A stretch of DNA of 32,000 nucleotides from Acaryochloris marina MBIC11017 (GTDB lineage Bacteria > Cyanobacteriota > Cyanobacteriia > Thermosynechococcales > Thermosynechococcaceae): positions 6,210,001 through 6,242,000 of the forward strand of contig NC_009925.1 of the NCBI RefSeq assembly GCF_000018105.1. The letters are read 5' to 3'. This document shows, piece by piece, positions 26,385 through 32,000 of the stretch. The position numbers were made by a program, and so were the translations under genes. The stretch's first letter is position 1; every line of letters starts with the position of its first letter. The notes below the pieces were generated by a model, which was given only the letters and a program-made list of their open reading frames with translations, was not told the DNA's origin and did no database searches.

Positions 26385-26457
26385 GGTACTCCCATTCCCT
26401 CAGCGACCAAATCGCTTGATCAGGGTTGAAGGCATCCTAGTATTTCATTTTCCAGGC

Positions 26458-26560
26458 AGATTCTGTGTTGCCTAGATGTGATGACCTATGGTTGGTCGCA
26501 GACCATCGCAACTCCAATACCCATCGCCAATACCAACCTCCAGACTTCACACCTAACCAA
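26458..26560 (+). repeat. structured intergenic module, copy B (degenerate box 26458-26478 plus divergent hairpin element 26489-26560)
   Basis: TTCATTTTCCAGGCAGATTCTGTGTTGCCTAG parallels the box A2 context TTCATTTTCTCTGTGGATTTTGTATTACCTGA. AACTCCAATACC...CCAATACCAACCTCC parallels the C-rich arms of copies C and D. Confidence 0.55.
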
Positions 26561-26636
26561 ATAAAACGACCCCTTAGCTCTTCCAGTCCAAGAGGTCGTT
26601 ACCAATCCTTTCCCTAAATTATAACGAGGTCACCCA

Positions 26637-26861
26637 ATGACGACTAACCCCTTTTTCGGCTACTACGAGCAAATCTGGATCGACCACCAGACCGACTATG
26701 GCCAGCACCCAGACCCATGCACAGGACTGCCATCAGACCAGATCTTAGACCGGGTTTCGTCCTGGCTGGCTGAGTTTAACCCGCTGCTTCCACCTGAGTC
26801 TCAGCTATCTGAGAGTATCCGGGTGGGCATTGTCCAGCGATTTTATGGGTGGCAGCTATGA
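26637..26861 (+). CDS. hypothetical protein (74 aa)
   Basis: ATG with GAGG about 9 nt upstream; no family recognised. Confidence 0.55.
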   Translation: MTTNPFFGYYEQIWIDHQTDYGQHPDPCTGLPSDQILDRVSSWLAEFNPLLPPESQLSESIRVGIVQRFYGWQL

Positions 26862-26944
26862 CAAATACTCAAAACCATGATGACTCTTCAGGTTGGGAGG
26901 GGGAGAGTTTTGCAATTGCATGTATTGATGATGTGCCGTTTTAA
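26858..26944 (+). CDS. possible 28-aa acidic ORF (MTNTQNHDDSSGWEGESFAIACIDDVPF) coupled by ATGA to the 74-aa ORF
   Basis: Translated by hand. The stop lies 1 nt before hairpin element C. Confidence 0.25.
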   Translation: MTNTQNHDDSSGWEGESFAIACIDDVPF

Positions 26945-27020
26945 GTATTGGGGTTCGTACTGTGGCAATGAAATCGCAAACTCCAATACCAACTCCCGAC
27001 ATTGCACCTATTAATGCATC
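26945..27020 (+). repeat. structured intergenic element, copy C (hairpin GTATTGGGGTT / AACTCCAATAC plus CCCGACATTGCACCTATTAATGCA)
   Basis: The 11-bp stem has 10 Watson-Crick pairs and one G:T (26945-26955 with 26979-26989). The 3' flank aligns to copies A and D. Confidence 0.7.
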
Positions 27021-27083
27021 CAATCTCTAACTTTCTGTTTTTCGACGAATAAAGTAAATCTTGCAAACTTACAGGTCAAATCA

Positions 27084-27626
27084 ATGCCATTACTAAACAT
27101 ACATTATCGAACAACGCTCGACCCTCTCACTGACCCCGACCATGCAGAAAAAGCCCTTAACGAAATTAAGAAGTTCTGGGTCCTAAACGTACAATCTGAT
27201 TTAGACAGTATCGAGACTGCATTTAAAGAAGAATTTCCCACTTACAAAATTTTTCTGCCTGATGTAGACCATTTGAAGCTTGCTCATCCGATCCCCGAGA
27301 AAAAAACGTTAGAGTACCAAAACTCTTTCGAGTACATCTCTAAGAATTATCTGGAGACTTACACCGATACATACGACAAAAGCGAGTATCCTGATTTAAT
27401 CCCTTGGGATGAGCAGTTTGCTTGGGACGGTAGTTATAACAGGAAGACAGTAACCCATCCCCTTCATAAATACCCCCAGTGGGATAAGCTAGCCCTTTTA
27501 GTCGATGACGAGGAAGGCAAGGCTAACGATATATTTTTGAGAGGTCTTTTTGAGCAGGTGCTCCCCTGTTTAGATGATGAGGGTAATCCGCAATTTAAGG
27601 GTGATGACTACCATATTCTAGGGTAA
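27084..27626 (+). CDS. hypothetical protein (180 aa), AT-rich coding sequence
   Basis: Long ORF with a plausible hairpin after the stop. No family recognised. Confidence 0.65.
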   Translation: MPLLNIHYRTTLDPLTDPDHAEKALNEIKKFWVLNVQSDLDSIETAFKEEFPTYKIFLPDVDHLKLAHPIPEKKTLEYQNSFEYISKNYLETYTDTYDKSEYPDLIPWDEQFAWDGSYNRKTVTHPLHKYPQWDKLALLVDDEEGKANDIFLRGLFEQVLPCLDDEGNPQFKGDDYHILG

Positions 27627-27635
27627 GGCCCAAGA

Positions 27636-27655
27636 GTGAGAGGGTTGTCTCTCAC
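27636..27655 (+). terminator. stem-loop GTGAGAG-GGTTGT-CTCTCAC 10 nt after the 180-aa ORF
   Basis: Perfect 7-bp stem with a 6-nt loop, followed by CAGGATTTTG (a weak U-tract). Confidence 0.45.
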
Positions 27656-27735
27656 CAGGATTTTGAACCCTTGGCAAATGTGGTCTTTGTAATATCAAAG
27701 CTATATCTCTGGTGATGTGCTGTTTTGAGTGTGAG

Positions 27736-27935
27736 TTATTGGTATTGGGGTTTGCGATCGCACTCCAAAACCAATTCCCGATATCGTACCTATTAATTCA
27801 CTCAAGTTTTTAGATTCCCTGTGGATTTTGTATTACCTATCTCACTTCTTCACTCATCTATATCAAGCCAAGGTCAATACTATATCTTTTGGATTCCCTA
27901 GGGATTTTATATTACCTATCTCTTGAGACTGATCC
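27736..27935 (+). repeat. structured intergenic module, copy D (hairpin element 27736-27802 plus boxes at 27822-27842 and 27901-27921)
   Basis: The stem 27738-27750 / 27763-27775 has 11 Watson-Crick pairs, one G:T and one mismatch out of 13. A HIP1 octamer sits in the loop. The rest is colinear with copy A, and an ATG follows 14 nt after box D2 (27936). Confidence 0.8.
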
Positions 27936-28004
27936 ATGCCAGCAAAAACTGTAAACCTGGATCGACTCTTCGGCTCTCTCAATCTCACCTGAACTATTAA
28001 GCAC

Positions 28005-29005
28005 CTAGCTAAAATTAATTACATAATCATCGCCGTAGGCTTTCAAAACTCTTTCCACATATTCGACCAAAGATGACCACCCCCAGTAGGCACTCATTTC
28101 AATCCACTGATATTTCATGAATTGCCACAGACGCTCAATCAAATTTAGATGGGGAGAATAGCTTGGCAACTCAAACAAGGTAATTCCCCGTTCGGCCCAC
28201 TCTGCTTTCATCTCATAGATTGATTGGCTCGTATGGATAGGGGCTTGATCCACCACAATGACGGTGGGCAACTCCACGTCAGCAAAAAAGGTATCAATGC
28301 AATGACTGACAACCTCACTGGTGATGGTCTGTTCTGATGTATAAGCATGTAGCCCTTGTCGTCGACTCAAAAACCCCAGAACATTCAAGCGTTTACTTGA
28401 ACGAGTCGGTATTTCCAGATACGTCCCTATGGGTTGCCATCCATAGGGAATACAGGGGACTAACGAAAAACCACTCTCATCCATAAAGAATAGATGGATG
28501 TCTCCCTTCTCTTCCTGTTCCTTGAGATGTTCTAACTGCTGTTTTTTTCGAGGTAGTGGGCATATAAAGGCTGGCCTGATGTCCCTTGGCGAAAGCGATG
28601 CCAGCTCATGTCCATCTGCTTCAAGACGCGTTTAACTGTGGCCTTTGACACGCGTACTGACCACTGTTGTTCAATCTGAGCTAACACCTGATTGAGTTGG
28701 ATGGGAGATGCCTGAGTCCACTCATAAATCTGCTGTTGTTGGTCGGGATTAAACATCGGTTTTCGACCTCGACCTGGGTGATTATAGAGTCCTGCAAATC
28801 CTCGGTTGTTCCAAGCCTTAAGCCAGTTGTAAACCGTTTTAGGACTCACACTAAAAAGGGAGGCTAAGGTGTAGGGGGGCCAACCCTGGGCGAACAAAAT
28901 GAGGCAATGGGCGCGTTGTCTGACCTGATGATGGCGACTACTGTGATAAATCCGATGCAATAAGCGTAAGCTTTCGGTGGAGATAGGACGGACTAATAAC
29001 ATCAA
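28005..29005 (-). CDS. IS630-family DDE transposase encoded in two frames (HTH part 28532-29005, DDE part 28005-28484 plus upstream open frame)
   Basis: The N-terminal part has HTH / winged-helix motifs. The C-terminal part has FMDESGF, VVDQAPIH and LNLIERLW motifs (DDE triad context). The downstream frame stays open through the A7 run and reads ...PRKKQQLEHLKEQEEKGDIHLFFMDESGF. Confidence 0.85.
28541..28547 (-). promoter_or_regulatory. candidate -1 programmed ribosomal frameshift heptamer A_AAA_AAC joining the two transposase frames
   Basis: In the upstream frame the minus strand reads CTC GAA AAA AAC AGC AGT TAG. The downstream frame is at -1 and is open across the site. Confidence 0.55.
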
Positions 29006-29300
29006 ATCAATGGATGTAAACAGAGGACTCAGGTAGTTTACAACCAGGAAATTCTATGTAATTAATTTTGTTCATCTGCTTATCAACGTTGATTTCTCCG
29101 AATTTACGCTAGGTGTCTCTTGCACATGCGATCTCTGGCGTGTATTACTGTTAACAGGTTTCGGAATAGATTAGGCAGGAAATGTTTGTGATACGCTCAA
29201 GCCTTTGAGTTGTCAATCCTCCTGCAAGATTAACTCAATAAAGGTACACAACAGGGTAGTCTCTTTGGCAGGGTGTTGTGCTGGTCAAGGTTGAAGCTTG

Positions 29301-29699
29301 ATGGAAGTCGTCCACCATTTGCAAGGCAACTTGGAAATCATCGTATCTTTTTTAGAAGTAGTACTGGAAGCAGTAGCGGCTTTTTGTATTGTGTTGGGCC
29401 TGCTCGTGAGCATCAAGCTCTCGGTTAATTTGCGCCGTCGTCGCTCAACTATACAGTTCCCATTGGGACGATTGCGGTTAACTTTTGGACGATGGTTAGC
29501 ATTAGCTCTGGAGTTTCAATTGGGGGCAGATGTCTTAGCCACGACCGTTGCTCCTACGTTTGAGGCACTCGGGAAACTGGGTGCCATCGCAATCATTCGT
29601 ACCTTTCTCAACTACTTTCTGAACAAAGAACTGATCGAGGTCTTTGAGATGCAAAAGCGCTTTGATGAGGACGAGACGGATTTATCCAACTCCAATTAA
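29301..29699 (+). CDS. DUF1622-family small membrane protein
   Basis: 132 aa. Pattern: TM helix, basic loop, then FGRWLALALEFQLGADVLATTV....LG.L..I..IRT.LNYFL, as recalled for DUF1622 proteins. Confidence 0.6.
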   Translation: MEVVHHLQGNLEIIVSFLEVVLEAVAAFCIVLGLLVSIKLSVNLRRRRSTIQFPLGRLRLTFGRWLALALEFQLGADVLATTVAPTFEALGKLGAIAIIRTFLNYFLNKELIEVFEMQKRFDEDETDLSNSN

Positions 29700-30030
29700 C
29701 CAGATCTGGATGTGAGTTGGATAATTCTAGTTGAGTGAGGATGGTTTAGCATCTTCACTTCTGCTTAGCCCTCTTTTATCACTTTGGTAGAAGAGTATCT
29801 GTAGGCTTGAAGTTACATGAGTGCTTGGCCTGATGATTGGCTTCACCCCAAACATAATTACGTCGTTTCAAATTTCATTTATCTGAAGTGATAAAGCTTC
29901 CTAACCACGTTCACCCCAATTCCAATAACCCTGTGATGATTAAGTCTTGTTCATTGGCATTCTTGTGATGTTTGCCTTTTCTCCTCTATGGGAACAATAA
30001 GTCTGATTGAGGCATTCATTGTCATTCAAG

Positions 30031-30068
30031 AAAAAACACCGCTCTTGGGGAAGAATGTGGTGTTTTTT
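30031..30068. terminator. bidirectional-looking hairpin AAAAAACACC...GGTGTTTTTT in an ORF-free gap
   Basis: The 10-bp outer stem pairs an A-tract with a T-tract, with partial inner pairing. T-runs on both strands follow the stem. Confidence 0.4.
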
Positions 30069-30117
30069 CTTTTAAGGCGCAAGCTTCATGAGCCATTTTT
30101 CGATTAAGAAAGAAAAC

Positions 30118-30145
30118 AGCCCCTACCTTTGTCGTCATAGGGGCT
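30118..30145 (-). terminator. hairpin AGCCCCTA-N12-TAGGGGCT with a U-rich tail on the minus strand
   Basis: Perfect 8-bp GC-rich stem. On the minus strand it is followed by GTTTTCTTTCTT. Confidence 0.4.
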
Positions 30146-30410
30146 AGATATTCCTATTTCCTTGATGAAGTAATCAGGTTCGTAATAGCTGATTAGACTG
30201 ATTTTGCCCAAAGGGACTCAAGATCTAACATCGAGACTAAAAACTTACACCTAGAATTTAGGAGGGAAGATTGTCCAATATCGGTTTAAGCCGCCGTTAA
30301 TCATAAAAACAACATTAATTTTTTTATACTTTTTTAACTAAATATTTATAATTTCTTTGGCATTGAATGTTCTCCTCGTATCCGTTCCTCGATCATCTAG
30401 TGGAGACATC

Positions 30411-30590
30411 ATGTTTTCCTCCCGAATTTCGCCTGAAGCAGCCACATCTCTATTCGGTCTTACCCTGACTGACATTCGCCAAGCTATTTACAACGGAGAG
30501 CTACCTGCACAATGGAATCATGGCTCTCCCTTGTTGTCTTATACTGATTTGCTGAATTATCAATTTAGAAAAGTGTCCAAGTCTGCTTAA
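30411..30590 (+). CDS. small helix-turn-helix protein, excisionase/AlpA-like (59 aa)
   Basis: ATG at 30411 with GGAGA 6 nt upstream. ISPEAATSLFGLTLTDIRQAIYNGELPA fits the excisionase-type HTH pattern (..EAA..LG.S..TI...I..G.LPA). The longer TTG start at 30357 was rejected. Confidence 0.55.
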   Translation: MFSSRISPEAATSLFGLTLTDIRQAIYNGELPAQWNHGSPLLSYTDLLNYQFRKVSKSA

Positions 30591-30790
30591 CCCTTCAATA
30601 CTTGCTTGGAGATTCTATATTCAACACCCAACAGAACGGTCGGTTATACCCAATGATTACTCAAAACATGCAGGTTAAGACTGTCTCCATCCCCCATGTC
30701 ATTGAGCTGTGTTGCATACAGCTATGAGGGGAATTATGGCTATTGAACCATAGACGTAGAGATACCTATCACTCGTTGAATTTCAACTCC

Positions 30791-30822
30791 GGCCTTTAAT
30801 TTCGTTAAACCGAATTAAAGCC
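30791..30822. terminator. imperfect hairpin GGCCTTTAATTTCG-TTAAA-CCGAATTAAAGCC between convergent genes
   Basis: About 12 paired positions with two single-nt bulges, lying between the 30590 (+) and 30834 (-) gene ends. No clear U-tract. Confidence 0.3.
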
Positions 30823-30833
30823 CCAAGCCCCAC

Positions 30834-31247
30834 TCACAGACTACTTGGCTGAACCCCTCGAAGGCCAATCTCTCGGATCCATACCTTAGAGAATTGCCCC
30901 AAGCTTTTTCCTGGAGTCATCAGGCTTTCAAAGCCCTCACTGAGTTGGACAATGAATCCCTGCCTCCATCGGTCCCAATCGGTTTGCTTGGGATAGTCAA
31001 TCTCGTCACAGTACTCCGTCCAGCTTTCTTGTTGAAACTCGGAAGCACATAAAGAAGTTCCTTTCTCTTGCACCTGAATGAAATGGTGATCAATCAATTC
31101 TTGGATAAATGGTGGGTGGCCGCTTGAAAGTTCATTATCATCCAGCACTGGGAACTCATAGACAAGCCGAAGTTCTTCCACAGAATGTTTTTTAGCAAGT
31201 CTGAGGAGTTCTAGTTGTGGGAGTGAAAGAGATGGGATATTGGCCAT
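30834..31247 (-). CDS. hypothetical protein (137 aa)
   Basis: ATG with GGAGA about 7 nt upstream; no family recognised. Confidence 0.6.
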   Translation of the reverse strand: MANIPSLSLPQLELLRLAKKHSVEELRLVYEFPVLDDNELSSGHPPFIQELIDHHFIQVQEKGTSLCASEFQQESWTEYCDEIDYPKQTDWDRWRQGFIVQLSEGFESLMTPGKSLGQFSKVWIREIGLRGVQPSSL

Positions 31248-31579
31248 AGGTTATCTCCATCATCCAGATCATGTATATTGAACCAGCTTTAAATATATAT
31301 CTGTGAATTGATAGATGTTTACTCAGAATGCCTCAGCAACTTATCGATACCAGCCTTGATTGCTCGGAGTAAATCACGATCCCCGTTGCGACTGTTCATA
31401 CTGACCGTTAGCTACTGGGTTAGAGAGTCCATACGCTGAAATACTCTATCAGCAAGTCTTTTGGTTTCCTCAAATTGTGTCCTCATCGCCTCAATGGATC
31501 GGGCAGTAGACTGGATGATCTGAGTAATTGGGATATACCAGTACTTCAATACGGTCCAGTTAATTTGAGTCAATGCTGG

Positions 31580-31750
31580 TCATCGCTGTTTCTCATCCCT
31601 GGAAACCAAGGGTTGTAGAGATTTGATATCTGTAATCCAGCGATGCAGCGCACTTTCAGCAAGATCCCTTGTGGTACTCACGACCGTCTGAATGGTCTCT
31701 TTGCCACTGGTGTGAAAGACGATGAAGGAAAACTCACGAAGCTCAGTCAT
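31580..31750 (-). CDS. hypothetical small protein (56 aa, MTELREFSFIVFH...)
   Basis: The ATG at 31750 overlaps the upstream ORF stop (ATGACTGA, 8-nt overlap), implying translational coupling. The ORF-track start at 31789 is less likely. Confidence 0.45.
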   Translation of the reverse strand: MTELREFSFIVFHTSGKETIQTVVSTTRDLAESALHRWITDIKSLQPLVSRDEKQR

Positions 31751-31973
31751 CCCCACCTCGTTTAAGCACCCATAATTCAACTGCCTCACCGATTAGGTCA
31801 AGGACTGTTGGAGACGATTCAATGTTAGTGCGTGGGTCGAGGTCATTACCCTCCTCAATGGCTTCCGAAGAGATGCTCTCCATTCCAGCTTCAATCAATT
31901 CATCAGATAGAAAGCTTGGTAATAAATAGTACAAATGCTCTAACTTTTCTCTTTGTACCTCGAAATCGGACAT
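31743..31973 (-). CDS. hypothetical acidic small protein (76 aa)
   Basis: ATG preceded by AAAGGGG about 10 nt upstream. It is the first gene of a minus-strand string of small ORFs. Confidence 0.5.
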   Translation of the reverse strand: MSDFEVQREKLEHLYYLLPSFLSDELIEAGMESISSEAIEEGNDLDPRTNIESSPTVLDLIGEAVELWVLKRGGDD

Positions 31974-32000
31974 TTTTCTATACCCCTTTCTATTTCTCGT

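Larger units (their letters stand above)
27996..29117 (-). mobile_element. IS630-family insertion sequence; ends approximate
   Basis: Carries a two-frame IS630 transposase. Terminal repeats: CACCTAGCTAAAATTAATTACATA at about 27998-28023, against the reverse complement of 29055-29115, which equals CACCTAGCGTAAATT + 31 nt (including the palindrome ATCAACGTTGAT) + AAAATTAATTACATA. Confidence 0.7.

Noticed and set aside
25975-27940. CRISPR array or integron attC sites as an explanation for the repeats
   Set aside because: There are only two boxes per module and the spacing is irregular. The repeats are 21 nt with degenerate copies, and there are no cas genes. For integrons, no IntI gene is present and there are no consistent RYYYAAC/GTTRRRY cores; the single ACCTAAC hit is at chance level.
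29249-29282. Hairpin CACAACA-N19-TGTTGTG upstream of the DUF1622 gene as a riboswitch or attenuator
   Set aside because: It is only a 7-bp stem with a large loop, and no conserved riboswitch core is recognisable. Support is insufficient.

Overview
Mosaic 32-kb segment of a cyanobacterial replicon. I counted at least ten perfect HIP1 octamers (GCGATCGC) by eye, against fewer than one expected by chance. Layout:
(1) 1-2.2 kb: accessory patch with a hicAB toxin-antitoxin pair, a coupled basic Cys-rich/acidic gene pair, and a truncated Rpn-family nuclease gene.
(2) 2.3-6.7 kb: MATE efflux pump, Dps, and AraC- and LysR-type regulators.
(3) 6.7-7.9 kb: AT-rich gap holding an rve-type transposase remnant.
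(4) 7.9-12.8 kb: RND efflux operon (adaptor, permease, tiny membrane ORFs).
(5) 12.9-18.9 kb: seven co-directional NAD(P)-Rossmann reductase-like genes (3 SDR, 2 NmrA-like, 2 F420/NADP-reductase-like). A 72-nt direct repeat brackets the NmrA pair.
(6) 19-21.6 kb: cation:proton antiporter, GUN4-domain protein, VOC/glyoxalase-fold protein.
(7) 21.7-24.3 kb: complete IS21-family element (istA/istB), sitting at a sharp switch in gene content.
(8) 24.2-32 kb: visibly more AT-rich, plasmid-like DNA. It holds a possible truncated actin-like ParM remnant with an RHH ParR-like gene, and a chain of small unknown ORFs separated by a four-copy structured repeat module with 21-nt boxes. It also holds a candidate small hydrophobic toxin-like peptide, an IS630 element with an A_AAA_AAC frameshift site, a DUF1622 membrane protein, an orphan excisionase-like HTH gene and a minus-strand operon of tiny overlapping ORFs.
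No rRNA gene, tRNA gene or CRISPR array was seen by eye. The most novel-looking parts are the repeat-partitioned small-gene array (25.9-27.9 kb) and the efflux-linked reductase cluster. All similarity calls come from motif recognition by eye, not from database searches.
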